Shown here: piece by piece, positions 22,523 through 35,680 of the stretch | Numbering within the stretch: position 1 is the stretch's first letter | Layout of the letters: every line of letters begins with the position of its first letter | Made by a program: the position numbers and the translations under genes | The notes under the pieces: generated by a model | Databases searched by the model: none | What the model was told of the DNA's origin: nothing | Seen by the model: the letters and a program-made list of their open reading frames with translations, nothing else | Origin: Octopus sinensis | Lineage: Eukaryota | Direction of reading: 5' to 3' | Length of the DNA: 64,000 nt | Assembly (NCBI RefSeq): GCF_006345805.1 | Contig: NC_043002.1 | Coordinates: forward strand, 49,166,001 to 49,230,000

Positions 22523-25500
22523 ATCCGGAGGAGGTGAGCACGTCACCTTCTTCCATCTCGTTTCCCAAACATCGTGCATTCTATGTAAAAGATCTGGTGT
22601 CGAAGACATTCTTCATGGTAGACACCGGCTCCTGTTGCAGCATCTGGCCCCTTCGTCTGGCTGCAGACAAGCCCAAGCGCTCTTCGATTGTCTTGCATGC
22701 TATTGACTCGTCTCCCATAACCACTTACGGTCAGATTTCGCTGCGCCTCAACCTCAACCTTCGTCGAGACTTTCGATGGGTTTTCGTCATCGCTGACATC
22801 CCGCATCCTATTCTCGGCGCTGATTTCCTGGATAGGTTTAACCTATTGGTGGATGTCAGGCGTCGGAGGCTTCTTGATAGCACGACGTCGCTCTCTACAC
22901 CGACTGGGAGTTCCACCACTGCGGTCCTTAGCCCGACATTCTTTGTTGCCACCTCTGGAGACCCTTTTCACTCTCTTTTGGTTTCATTTCCGGAGCTAGT
23001 GGACATTGCCTTTAAACCGGAAAATCCTACCCACTCGACCCTCCATTTCATCACCACCAATGGGCCACCTGTATTCTCACGCCCCCGGCGCCTAGCGCCA
23101 GACCGACTTAAAACGGCCAGAGCCGAGTTTGAGCACATGCTTCAACTTGGCCTTATACGCCCCTCCACCAGCCCATGGGCATCTCCCCTTCATTTGGCGC
23201 GAAAGGGCGAGTCTGATTTTCGCCCGGTTGGAGACTATCGACGCCTCAATGCCGTCACAATAGCCGATCGCTATCCGATTAGAAATCTCCGGGACCTTAC
23301 AGCAAATCTCCATGGTTGTACCATTTTTTCGAAGGTCGATCTGATACGCGCTTACCACCAAATACCGGTCAACCCAGCCGACGTTCCAAAAACTGCAATC
23401 ACTACCCCGTTTGGGTGTTTTGAGTTTTTGTACATGAGTTTCGGTTTGCGGAATGCTACTAGCACCTTCCAGCGTTTCATTGATGAGGTTGTCCGCGGTC
23501 TTGATTTTGTGTTTGCCTATGTCGATGACATACTCATTGCGAGCGACACACGAGAAAATCATCTCCGGCACCTTTCTCAACTCTTCCAGCGTCTTCGCGC
23601 GTATAGCATACGCATAAACCCCGACAAGTGTGTTTTCGGACGCTCTTCCCTAGATTTTCTAGGGCATCATATTGATTCGACTGGAATCAGCCCCCTCTCG
23701 TCAAAAGTCGATGCCATTCAACGCATCGCACCCCCCACTTCCTTGCGCCAGCTCAGGCATTATCTAGGGATGGTCAATTTCTACCGACGCTTCATTCCCG
23801 GTTGTGCAGATAAGCTGCTACCTCTCACCAGGCTGTTAAAGGACTCTCCTAGAAAGGACAGTCAAGTCACCCTCTCTGTTGAGGCAGTGACAGCCTTTGA
23901 GTCCATTAAGAAGGAGCTGGCTTCTGTTTCTTTGCTTGCACATCCAGTTCCTGGTGCTTCTCTCTCTTTGACTGTGGACGCATCGGACACTGCGATTGGC
24001 GCTGTGTTACAACACACAGTGGATGACCATGTTCGACCTCTAGCCTTCTTTTCCCGTCAACTGCAACCAGCTGAACGACGATACAGCACCTTTGATCGTG
24101 AGCTCCTAGCGATCTATCTATCGGTTCGTCATTTCCAGCATCAACTTGAAGGGCGAGATTTTGTGATCTATACGGATCACAAGCCCCTTACGTTTGCCCT
24201 GTTTTCAAAAACGGACAAACTCTCACCCCGTGCTTTTCGGCACCTGGATTTTATCTCTCAATTTACTAGCAACATTCGACACATACCTGGAAAAGAGAAC
24301 GTTCCTGCTGACGCTCTCTCTCGCCTTCCAGTTTGCGCCCTTTCGTCTCCTGCTGCTATCGACTTAGCTGCCATATCGCAGGAGCAGCCACCTTTGGCGT
24401 CGTTAGATTTAACTTCTCCCAAGTTCTCCTGTTGCCAGTTTTCCTACCTTCCGCTTCCGTCAGCCGAAGGCACCATTCTTTGTGACACTTCAACTGGATC
24501 TCCCAGGCCACTGGTGCCTGAGACCCATCAACGCTCAGTGTTTGAAGCACTGCACTCCTTATCACATCCTGGCATCGCTGCCACCCTCAAACTAATCACT
24601 GCTCGGTTTTTCTGGCCGAATATGCGTCGCACAATTACTTGTTGGACACGCACCTGCTCCAAGTGTCAACGATCCAAGATTCAACGGCACGTTCGTGCCC
24701 CGCTTGGACAATTTCCCCCCACGGAGGCCCGTTTTCGCCATGTCCACATCGATCTGGTTGGACCATGGCCTGTGAGTCGCGGGTTCTCTTATCTATTAAC
24801 TTGTGTCGATCGTTTCTCCCGCTGGCCAGAAGCCATTCCGATAGCAGACATTTCTGCTGAGACTGTTGCGCGAGCTTTCGTTTCAAACTGGATTTCTCGC
24901 TTCGGAGTCCCGTCCCGATTGACAACTGATCGTGGACGACAGTTTGAGGCCTCGCTATTTCGCGAATTGTCGCGAATTTTGGGTATGCACCATATCCACA
25001 CCACAAGCTACCATCCAGCGTCTAATGGATTGGTTGAGCGGTTCCATAGACAGCTCAAGGCCGCTCTTCGTGCCTCTTCGGACCCACAGTCCTGGATCGA
25101 ATTTCTGCCCATTGTGCTTCTCGGCTGTCGGACTGCTGTCAAGGCAGACCTGGGGTTTTCTGCTGCAGAGCTGCTGTATGGTACCACACTGGCATTGCCC
25201 GGTACGATGTTGGTGCCAGACACTTCCCCGCCCCATGATCCGGCGACCTATGTCACCAGACTGCGGGAATATTTTTCAAACCTTCCGCCCATGCTTCCCA
25301 GAAAGCAATCTCCACCGTCCCATCTTCCACCGGATATGAACACCTGGTCGCATGTTTTTGTTCGGGACGATTCTGTGAAGGGCCCACTTGTTTCTCCCTA
25401 TAAAGGACCTTTTCGTGTGCTTTCTCGCACACCAAAGGTTTTCACGATTGAGATAAATGGTCGTTCGGAGACCGTTTCCGTGGACCGTTTAAAAAAGGCA

Positions 25501-25797
25501 CATTTTGAGACGTCTTCATCTTTTGATGACAACCTTGACACACCCACCTATGCACCTTTAACAACACTTTCACCTGCACAAACGCCTTCACCTGCACAAA
25601 CGCCTTCACCTGCACAAACGCCTTCACCTGCACAAACGCCTTCACCTGCACAAACGCCTTCACCTGCACAATCACCTTCACCGGCTCCTACAACACCACC
25701 CTCGCCGTCAACGGGTGCCCCGAGCACACCGTATGTTACAAAATCGGGCAGAACAGTGCATTGGCCCAAGAAACTTTCAAAAACAATTTACATTTAA
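22444..25797 (+). CDS. pol: Pol polyprotein: protease, reverse transcriptase, RNase H, integrase (probably expressed by -1 frameshift near 22519)
   Basis: 1117-codon open frame with FMVDTGS (PR), FAYVDDILI (RT), LTVDASD/DHKPL/ADALSR (RH), H..SHPG..CSKC, HIDLVGP, GLVERFH (IN) and SPYKGPF (GPY/F). Confidence 0.96.
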   Translation: MLVPFEICRKGRSVYPAVHFQALGKLNPEEVSTSPSSISFPKHRAFYVKDLVSKTFFMVDTGSCCSIWPLRLAADKPKRSSIVLHAIDSSPITTYGQISLRLNLNLRRDFRWVFVIADIPHPILGADFLDRFNLLVDVRRRRLLDSTTSLSTPTGSSTTAVLSPTFFVATSGDPFHSLLVSFPELVDIAFKPENPTHSTLHFITTNGPPVFSRPRRLAPDRLKTARAEFEHMLQLGLIRPSTSPWASPLHLARKGESDFRPVGDYRRLNAVTIADRYPIRNLRDLTANLHGCTIFSKVDLIRAYHQIPVNPADVPKTAITTPFGCFEFLYMSFGLRNATSTFQRFIDEVVRGLDFVFAYVDDILIASDTRENHLRHLSQLFQRLRAYSIRINPDKCVFGRSSLDFLGHHIDSTGISPLSSKVDAIQRIAPPTSLRQLRHYLGMVNFYRRFIPGCADKLLPLTRLLKDSPRKDSQVTLSVEAVTAFESIKKELASVSLLAHPVPGASLSLTVDASDTAIGAVLQHTVDDHVRPLAFFSRQLQPAERRYSTFDRELLAIYLSVRHFQHQLEGRDFVIYTDHKPLTFALFSKTDKLSPRAFRHLDFISQFTSNIRHIPGKENVPADALSRLPVCALSSPAAIDLAAISQEQPPLASLDLTSPKFSCCQFSYLPLPSAEGTILCDTSTGSPRPLVPETHQRSVFEALHSLSHPGIAATLKLITARFFWPNMRRTITCWTRTCSKCQRSKIQRHVRAPLGQFPPTEARFRHVHIDLVGPWPVSRGFSYLLTCVDRFSRWPEAIPIADISAETVARAFVSNWISRFGVPSRLTTDRGRQFEASLFRELSRILGMHHIHTTSYHPASNGLVERFHRQLKAALRASSDPQSWIEFLPIVLLGCRTAVKADLGFSAAELLYGTTLALPGTMLVPDTSPPHDPATYVTRLREYFSNLPPMLPRKQSPPSHLPPDMNTWSHVFVRDDSVKGPLVSPYKGPFRVLSRTPKVFTIEINGRSETVSVDRLKKAHFETSSSFDDNLDTPTYAPLTTLSPAQTPSPAQTPSPAQTPSPAQTPSPAQTPSPAQSPSPAPTTPPSPSTGAPSTPYVTKSGRTVHWPKKLSKTIYI
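22513..22553 (+). promoter_or_regulatory. Candidate -1 ribosomal frameshift signal (gag-pol)
   Basis: G_GAA_AAC just before the gag TAA, a 7-nt spacer, then an 11-bp stem-loop ggaggaggtga-gcacg-tcaccttcttc with two G-U pairs. Confidence 0.6.
25570..25677 (+). repeat. In-frame 18-bp tandem repeat x6 encoding (SPAQTP)n in the integrase tail
   Basis: Five identical tcacctgcacaaacgcct units plus one variant. Confidence 0.95.
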
Positions 25798-25914
25798 CTT
25801 TCTTTAAAATGTTTCTTATTGTATAATAGTATGTACCAAGTCTTCTGGGGGATCGGCAAGCCTTCTGTTTTCTGCAGCACCACCACAATATTCTGGTTGC
25901 CGTACTTCGCACTC

Positions 25915-25923
25915 GGAGGGGAG
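25915..25923 (+). other. Polypurine tract
   Basis: GGAGGGGAG, 3 nt before the 3' LTR. Confidence 0.8.
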
Positions 25924-25926
25924 CCC

Positions 25927-26344
25927 TGTAGTGATGCTACTGTGTAGGGTTCGGCGCGCATGCGCAGAATGGGACTACTTCCGGGTGGCCACCGGAAGTC
26001 TTCCCCATGCGCATGTGCGGGAAAACATCTCTCGAGCCCGCGAACCTCAAATCGCTCTCTTCGGCTCAAGACAGCACTGCGATCGGTCACGGTTTTCCTG
26101 GCTCTGACAGCCACACACCAGCTTCAACCAACTTCAACCAACCTCAACGACCAACACCAGCAGTATCTCAGAGGCTGTCTATTCCCCCATCAGACAACGT
26201 ACAACCATGAATCAATAAACCAAGTTGTCTGTTCACCTTTAACCTGAGTTTCGTCTGTTTGTTTTCTACAAGAATTTTTGTATGTGACCAGAAAGGATCT
26301 CGACACCCTGCCAGTGCTTCGATGATAGATCCTTTCACGTTACA
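25927..26344 (+). repeat. 3' LTR (418 bp)
   Basis: Same length and sequence as the 5' LTR; the 95-aa and 67-aa track ORFs are identical in both. Confidence 0.97.
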
Positions 26345-26749
26345 AGTATATACTTTATCTGAAGCATACAGCCTACGAGCGAAGTGAACTTGCTACGACT
26401 CAGAATCCCACCCTTCTTCATATACACGGCTGTTACTGAGTGTAGCCTCATCTAATATTCAGTTTCCAGAAACAAAGAAGCTCTCTTCCCAAACCCATTT
26501 TATTTACTTAGTTACGTGTGTCAGTAATAAAACAGCTTTTAGGTGACACACGATGTACGTTGAAGAAGTCTCCCTGCAATATTGTTAAAAAAAGGTTATC
26601 TAAGACATTTGCTTAAAACTAAAGTACGTATGTACATATATAAATATATACTCCATACATGTTCCAATAAGAGGGTTATTAAAGAAATTAAAATATTAAT
26701 AATCTGAGCTAAAATAAATTAACCATTATTAAATTTAATGATAATAATA

Positions 26750-27287
26750 ATTTCTACTCTAGGCCTGAAATTTGGGTGGGGGTGACGAGTTGATTACATC
26801 GACCCCAACATTTTACTGGTGCTTATTTTATCGAACCCGAAAGGTAAAGTCGACCTCAGCGGGATTTGAATTCAGAACGTACTGACGGACGAAATAACTA
26901 TTTCTTTACTACCCACAAGGGGCTAAATACAGAGAGGACAAACAAAAACAGACAAACGGATTAAGTCGATTATATCGACATCTGTGCGTAACTGGTACTT
27001 ATTTAATCGACCCCAAAAGGATGAAAGGCAAAGTCGACCTCGGCGGAATTTGAACTCAGAGCGTAACGGCAGACGAAATACCGCTGAGCATTTCGCCCGG
27101 CATGCTAACGATTCTGCCAGCTCGCCGCCTTGATAATAACAATAATTATTATTATTTCTTCTTCTGGCACAAGGCCTTGAAAATTTTGGTGGTGAGGGAG
27201 CTAGTCGATTATATCGACCCCAGTGCGTAACTGATACTTATTTTATCGACTCTGAAAAATGAAAGGTAAAGTCGACCTCGGCGGAAT
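26750..27287 (-). mobile_element. Nested/tandem SINE family A copies with alternative 3' tails
   Basis: About 26750-26897 (head truncated), 26898-27131 (full, tail cccacaaggggctaaa..) and 27155-27287. Confidence 0.8.
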
Positions 27288-27890
27288 AATGGTTATAATA
27301 ATGAGTAGTCCATGACCTTTGTAGATTTTCTGATTGGTGAGAACGATGAGTTTGAGGTTTTGCCCAAATTTCTGCATTCAGATGCTCGTAGGACATATGT
27401 AAGCGGGGAATTCTGAAGATTGCGGTTCCAGAGAGGAATGTTAGTGCAAACTGTGGTAGGCAATTTGCTAAATCATTGGAGCAGAAGCATATGTAGTAGC
27501 AATAGAAAAGGCAAAGAGGGAGAGAGGGAGAGAGAGAGAGAGAGAGAGAGAGTGATTGAGAGCGGGAGAGAGAGAGAGAGTTTATGGTTGTAGCAAATCG
27601 GTTAGATGAATTTTTTTTGGCGCGATCTCAGATATCTGAGTTTGCAAGCATTGAACCAGATATGTAGAAATCATCACCATACGATATCCTGCCTGTAAGT
27701 ATGGTGAAAGAAACTAAATCATTAAATTATTGAAGTGAAACAGCGAACAAAACTAAATAAAAGTACTTGGTACAAAACCTTTATAAGCCTTTCCTTTTGT
27801 GTGCCTAATTCATTAACCAAGAAAGAATATTATCATCGATCTACTGAAATTATCTACATTAAATAACGCTCATAAAATTTGTGGGGTATA

Positions 27891-28723
<833 letters not shown>

Positions 28724-28754
28724 TACGTATACGATTAGCTAGTATCCTATTTAT

Positions 28755-29090
28755 TAATTTCAAAGTTTGGCACAAAGCCAGAAATTTCGGGCAGAGGGTT
28801 AGACAATTAGATCCCACCCAATGCTCAACTGATGCTTATTTTATCGAGTGCGAATGGATGAAAGGCAAAGTCAACTTCTTTTTGTTTTGTGTTTTTTTAT
28901 TGCCCACAAGGGGCCAAATATAGAGGGGACAGACAAGGACATACAAAGGGATTAAGTCGATTACATCGTCTGTAGTGCGTAACTCGTACTTAATTTATCG
29001 ACCCCGAAAGGATGAAAGGCCAAGTCGACCTCGGCGGAATTTGAACTCAGAACATAAAGACAGATAAAATGCCACAACACATTTTCCCCG
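28755..29090 (-). mobile_element. Two adjacent SINE family A copies
   Basis: Core gatgaaaggcaaagtc twice; the second copy has the cccacaaggggc tail. Confidence 0.75.
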
Positions 29091-30099
29091 GCTTCATCCC
29101 CTTTTTTGGTGGTGGTGGGGAATCCTACATATTACATACAACTCTTTTACGAAATACTATGATATAGCAACGAAAAAGAATGAATATATTAAATTTATAA
29201 ACTGAGTAGTCAAAGAAATTATTAAAGAAAATATGCTGGAAAATGTTATTACTGAATAATTTATCATATATTTTATGTGTGTAAACGGCATTAACACGTT
29301 ATTATAGAAAAATTGTTCTTAATATTCGTATAAAAAACTTGAAAGATTTTGCCTGTAAATCTTCGAATATTGTCTTTTGTAGTATTAAGTGAGAATAATA
29401 ACCATCGAAAGAGCTTTCGTACAGACTAAAGAATATTTCATCTTTTATTATAAATGTAGCCAAAAATTAAATTATGTCCGCGTGAGATACAAAGTTAAAG
29501 AGAGTATGCAATTTTTTTCGGTTTATATTTGCTTTATATGAAATTGTTACTGATGCAGAAAGTTCTCTAATTATTACTGAACAATATTGATGACAAGTAA
29601 CCTCTAAACAGCATATTTCAACCTTTTGGACAAATATTTCAAAATACAAAACGGAATCATTTTTGTTGCTGTCTTTTTTATCAAGAACTCAAGAAACTAT
29701 ATGGTTGGCTGGTAACGAATATTAACATTCACTATTAAAACGAACACTATGAAAATAATTGTAATGTTGACCATTAAGTGTTTACAAACGGTAAATTTCG
29801 TTTATCGCAAGCTTTGGAAATATGCTAATTGTGTACGCAAAGAAATTTTTAATGAAATAATTTACAGAAAGGAAATTCACCTTCATTTTCCAGTTTCCAA
29901 ACAACTAAGTCATACTTGTTTATTCTTTTTTTTTTCACCACTTTTCTATTAGAAATTTTATACTGCAGGATTAGGCAAATATGAATAAAACTGGCAATTT
30001 ATTGGCAATATCTAGTGATTTTGTGCTAATAATTTCCTGTTAAATACTTTTACAAGGATAAAATCAAATGTACACGTACAAACAAACACATCGTATAAT

Positions 30100-30315
30100 A
30101 GATTTTGATTTTGGCACACGGCCAGCAATTTTGTGGGATGTGGGATTGACGATAACATCGATACCAGTACTTGATTGGTACTTAATTTCATCGACGCCAA
30201 AATAATGAAAAGCTAAGTTAACCTCGATGAGATTTGAACTCAGAACGTAAGTATTCGGAGCGAGTACTGCAAAGCATTTTTGTCCGACGTTCTAAGGATT
30301 CTGTCAGCACGCCGC
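30100..30315 (-). mobile_element. SINE family A
   Basis: Tail ttttggcacacggccagc, core, B box atttgaactc, and head. Confidence 0.8.
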
Positions 30316-30719
30316 ACACACACACATCACATCACATCACATCACATCACATATACAGAATGATGTATGTTGCCTGCTTGATTTGTTACTAAAATTATCC
30401 CAGACGTCAACCGCCAGCAATTTTGCCACTTTTTATGATGAGGTACATAAATTTGAATTAATTAAAATACAAGTATAATCGGTACAAGATTTTATTTTTG
30501 AAAATAAACTATAAAACTCTTTTACTAGTCAATGTACCATTGGCTACGCACTCTTATACAATTTAATGAGTACATTTACTTAACAGAATGCATCTAATAA
30601 AGATTAACGGATGAGACAAATGTGAATTAATATGTATTTCTCATTTACACATATTTATAATAAAATGAAAGGAATATATGATAGTATTTCTATCAAATAA
30701 CAAAATATAATTATCCCAT

Positions 30720-32581
30720 AATGAAATTGTCTAAAGCACTCTTTACACAAGGGCACTTTGCAAAAAGGACACATAAATGAAGTTTCAACTTGATACCTTT
30801 TTGCAGTTTTTCTTTTTTGCAACGAACAAAATCTGCAAACTTTCTTTTCCCCATTTATTTTTTATCAACGTTATGAAAGTTAATATTTTCTCTGTTGACA
30901 TCCACCTTAGTTAATTTTGATTTTCTCTTAGTTCTGTGTTTTCTGGAAGAAATGCTCTCACGTAATTGTGTTGCAATATCAAACCTAAATTTCATATGGT
31001 CGTAGTCCTTTCGTGGCGGAGGTACCTTGTGGCTTATTACATAAACAATATATGAATTAACAATAGTTAAATTCACTGCGGGTTTTCCTCACCACCAACA
31101 CCAGGTTATTCATTGGTAGACAGGAATAAAATCTGCTTTTTGCTTTTATATAATGTTACAAACAAATTTTCTTTTTGTAATTGAAGAATATCGGCCACTT
31201 TTTTAAAAAAAATTGTTGTTTTCATTTCACGTGGTAGCCTTTGACGGCTCCTCATAACAGTACTGCACGTTAACTACTTACATGAACAAGATGTCCCGCC
31301 AAAGCCCCCGAAGAAAAAAGAACGGTCGAAATACAGGTGTTGCTATTGATGGTGAAATGGTTCAGTTAGAGACAATACTAGTTTGGGACATTCTTGCTGG
31401 GGGCATTAATAGAATCAGATAAATGTAAATATTGAGATATTTTCGAGTACCTCGTTTTCGACATAAAGCTAGAGGTATATGGATCACAATACCTTACACC
31501 AGGATTCCAGTAGTTCCACAGTCGAGGAAGCTGCTTGATACCAAACAATATTTATGGTAAAAAGAAAGTTTGCATTTCCGCAGTATTGGTTGGCTGCTGT
31601 AGTGGGTCGAGTCTTCCACGAATAGAAATCATGCGTTGAGCATATTTATTCGTTTCTCCCACAACAGTTAAAAAAAGAAAATTTCTGGTAAAAATAAAAC
31701 TAAATAGTCCAAGGGTTGAGCATCAGGAGGCAATTTGTGTTGTGGACCAGCTTTTCTGTGAAATAGGGAGTTGTGGTTGTTGTTGTAGTAATCATAGACT
31801 GTGTTGTTGTAATGTTTTGAATATCGTAATTTTCTTCACTTTCATTATCAAAATTTTCTTCCTAGTTCGACGAAAATTCATTAATATCGATATCAGATTT
31901 GGTTCGGAGATCTCATCGGTGACCAAAGGGCAAATATATCAGGCCGTCGTTCGTACAGCTGTGAAACGTGGCCTATGCGGATGGTCGATCAACGAAGGCT
32001 GGAAGACTTTGACAATGACTGCCTCCGGTGCATTCTTCGCTGCCGTCGGGTGGATCGAGTTCCCACCGCCTATCTCCGACTTCGCCTGTCTCTACGGCCC
32101 CTTTCATCTGTCCTTCTGCAACGGCGCTTGCGGTGGTTTGGCCATGCATGTAGGCGTCCGGTGGGTGAACAGAGCCGTGATATCCTTCTCCCAACTCCAC
32201 TTCCCAACTGGCGGAAACGCGTGGGTGGATACCTGAAGACCTGGGTTACGACGATCAAGGAGGACCTCTCCGTACTCACGGGTCCGCAGGTGGTCGGCCT
32301 GCGCCGATGGAACCGTGACTGGCTCGCTATCTGCAGTGAACTGGCGCAGGACAATCTTGCGTGAGCTGCCATGGTTCGAGATGCCTCGAAGGTAGTAGAA
32401 GAAGCCGACTCAACCCGCCCAGGGTGAATGTCGCTACAAGTACAAGTAAATAAGTTGGTCCGGAGACAAATCACTGTTATTTTCGCTTATATTTTGTACA
32501 TCATAAAGAGTAAAACCTTCAAAGTCGCTACTTGCTGACGTCAAAGGGAAAATAATTTTGGCAAGTCTTAACACTAACGGG
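30720..32581 (-). pseudogene. piggyBac transposase fossil, interrupted by an RTE insertion
   Basis: Reverse strand: TTAA+CCCG terminus (32582-32585), acidic N-terminus with DFEGF, PLDYLVLFLP..VVGETNKYAQ, KKQILFLST, IVNSYIVY..HMKFRFDIATQL, and Cys-rich tail CRFC..ETSFMCPFCKVPLCKECFRQFH (about 30721-30845). Confidence 0.85.
31911..32454 (+). mobile_element. 5'-truncated RTE-clade LINE 3' end
   Basis: TKGQIYQAVVRT, then QRRLRWFGHACRR..KTWVTTIKEDL..W..AQD (ORF 31975-32364); tail tacaagtacaagtaaataag; 12-bp TSD ttggttcggaga / ttggtccggaga (one mismatch). Confidence 0.9.
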
Positions 32582-33064
32582 TTAAAATAATGTACCTGTC
32601 GCGTACTGGAGTGGACTAAATTTGCTTGCCTTTGATCGTGCCACAGACTGGCATCCCTTTCAGGTCAATGATGTGATCTCGATCATTTTTACGTCTTGGG
32701 TAACCGGCCTTATAAGCCCAAGGACCCGAGGAAGAAAGGGAAACAATTTAGTTAAATCCATATACGTCATGAGTAGAAATTTCGCAGGGTTTGACTTTGC
32801 TTTCATCAATGTAAAATCGATGACAGGAATAGCACTATTGCACAACTTCGAATAATTTGATTATATTTCCTTCCAATTGGTTTCCAGAATTAGAATTCGA
32901 TATTAGTTATTTTCTACCAAGCAAGAAGTTGTTTTTCATTTTTAGCTCCAGATCAGACATAATTAAGCAGAATTATGATTTCACCTGGTTGTTTTGCATC
33001 TCTAGGACTTCAGCAGGGTGTGGTTTCAGGGACTTGTTTATAGCGGGTAAAATAACTACGTTGT

Positions 33065-33420
33065 AATAATAATAATAATAATGAAATTATTGTATACAGT
33101 GCTCAGGTGTACCACAACTTGTCAAAAGTGCGTATTAAGCATATGCAGTAATGTACAAATGTCTGGTTAGTGAGCAGTATGAGTAAGAACATGCTTGCGT
33201 GTGTATGGAGGGGAGGAAATCAGGTTTAGTGTTGGCGAATCTCAGGAAGCATGGAAATTTTGAAGGATGCAATGCTCCGACAACTAACAACTGATGCCGG
33301 CAATGAAAAAATGTTTCCGAAAGTCATGGGAGCTGTGTTTCCACAGTAAGAGATAATCTACTAGGCTGAGACCACAACACGGTTATTTTCCTCAGGTAGA
33401 ACTATTTCATTTAACTTATT
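33065..33420 (-). mobile_element. Probable LINE 3' end fragment with (TAA)n at its 3' junction
   Basis: Non-simple repeat-like sequence abutting (TAA)n at 33065-33083; family not identified with certainty. Confidence 0.35.
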
Positions 33421-33843
33421 CTGTTATGATCCTAGAAAAAAACAGTGACTTTATATTTTCGCTCCCTATACATGAGGCTTTATGGCTTGGGGAAAACGCA
33501 AGAAAAAGCGTTTGTTGATGATTCCGTGATCCCGTTTCCACAGCCAGTTCAACTCAGGATCTAATCCTCTGAGATTGTTATAAGCACCGTAGTGTCTCAT
33601 TCGTCACGCGTGTTCAATAACCAAAATGTTGTGCCTAATTAAGAAATACGAATTAAGGTTGACGATATATTAAGGTAAGATTTCAACAATATCAGTATTA
33701 GATGTAATTCATAAAAGATATGGTTTGATTTTTACAAAATACTCTTTACACTTTCCTTTCATATATGTATGTAAAAATGTCTCTAACCATATATTTGTGT
33801 GCGTGCACGTGTGTGTGTGTATACATTTATTTATATATACTCA

Positions 33844-33896
<53 letters not shown>

Positions 33897-35680
33897 GTGG
33901 TTGTGTATATGTGAATATTTTAAATCGAAACGAAACCTGCTCCATTAATATTGAGTAATTTTCCTTTCAAATGTTAAAAATGTGCTCTTTCTATCTACAT
34001 ACACGTGTGTTTGTGAGTATGAGTGTTTTTCGGTGTGTATGTGTGTCTGTTCAAGTGTGTGTGTGTGATGGTGTGCGCGCGTCTGTGTGTTGTCTTTAAA
34101 TGCAGTCTAATCTACATACATAAAGAGCTAGCGCGAGGCAATGACACACAGTCTACAATTTTCATCACTTGCTACAATTATTTGAAAGTCCTGTGTGTGT
34201 GTGAGAGAACTTGCGACTTTCCATCTAAATACATTTAATAGACCGAGCCAATGTTCAAATCATTCTTAGATTGTTCCCAGTTGTTATTTGGAAACAATTT
34301 TGAAACAATTTCCTTTATAGACAAATTGTATAGGATGTTTTATTTATACTCATATTTATGTATATATATTTGTATGGTGTGCACGATTGTATTTATGACA
34401 TTTTTCATTATCTAATAAATGAAAATGAGAGTGAAGGAAATATTTTCCAATAAATGGCAAGTTGGTTCAGCAAAACCTAGTCTACTCTTCCCCCATCAGC
34501 ACACAGCACGTTAGAAAACAGATTTTATTTTGAATAAAATTATTATAGATATATGTATGAAAGTGTGTACATCTGTGTGTGTGTGTGTCTGTGTATACAT
34601 ACATACATGCATACATACATACATACATAGATACATACATACATACATACATACATACATACATACATACATACATACATACATACATACATACATAAAT
34701 GATTTTTATATAATATTTTGAAATAAATTGGAGGAACTAGGTTGAACTCTTTCTCATCTGGTTATTGATCAAATTTTCTTACGTTCATAGTTAATTCACT
34801 TAAATCAACTAAGAAACAAATTTGTTGGGTTTTTACATATGGAAATTAAACGGAAATTAATGTGGAGTTTATAACTGCTGCTACTACTACTATTATTGTT
34901 TTACTGTTTGTTGGTTGTTGTTATTGTTACTGTTGAAGTTAATGTTGTTGTTATTGTTGTTGTTATTGTTGAAGTTAATGTTGTTGTTATTGTTGAAGTT
35001 AATGTTGTTGTAAATAACATCTTCTTCGTCTTTACTGAGTCTGATGTGGTAGTTGTCGTTATCGAAATCTTCCTAGTGGTTGTTTTTGAGAGTATTTCTT
35101 AAATTTGTAATCGTCCAATTAATAAATACAGAAAAGTGCTTTGCGAGCAACTTATATTCTCTTACACTTTTTACGAAAGTAATAACATTTCTACGTGAAG
35201 GTGTTCCTAAGAATTTCGTGCAAAATTTCCAAATAAAATTCTATTAAGTTGATGTAGAAGAGGTCATCGCGCAGATTTTTCTCTTTTTCTTTCTTTCTTT
35301 CTTTTTCTTTTCTGTCATAGAATCAACCGTATTCCGGTATGAAATGAGTATTTTTGAAATAATTTTTACAGATGCCACTTTATAGCACTCTATGATATGT
35401 AAGAAAAGTGTTGCTTTCTGTTGAATATTTTTTGTGCAGAACTCATTTTCATAGACTTTGCACCATGTTTACAAGTGATCTTAAAAGCGAATTTAAGAAC
35501 GACTGGAGATTAAATGCATTTAATTTCACCCTTCATTATCAGTTCAAATTCCGCCGGTTTCTCTATATTTTCTATTCCTCTTTCTAGTGTCGGAAAATAT
35601 TCACTAGTTGTGTACTAAAATCGATTTCATCAGATGTAAATTTTCTTAGGCCAATATAAGAATACCTACCTACATACATA

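Larger units (their letters stand above)
20984..26344 (+). mobile_element. Full-length Ty3/Gypsy LTR retrotransposon, CsRn1 lineage (5,361 bp)
   Basis: TG..CA-bounded 418-bp LTRs; 4-bp TSD AGTA (20980-20983, 26345-26348); PBS TGGTGACCCC; PPT; gag with C-X2-H-X9-C-X3-C knuckle; PR-RT-RH-IN domain order; no env. Confidence 0.97.

Noticed and set aside
25570-25677. Regular short repeats as a CRISPR array (also 17605-17654 and 51542-51605)
   Set aside because: Units are contiguous with no unique spacers, there are no cas genes, and the context is eukaryotic.
22023-25769. Antisense and alternate-frame ORFs over gag-pol (up to 193 aa)
   Set aside because: Expected shadows of a GC-rich coding sequence; no recognisable motifs.
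25798-25926. env-like third ORF in the LTR element
   Set aside because: Only 129 bp separate the pol stop from the 3' LTR.
31742-32236. 164-aa ORF as a Cys-rich host protein
   Set aside because: It is a chance join of the piggyBac antisense strand and the RTE fragment.
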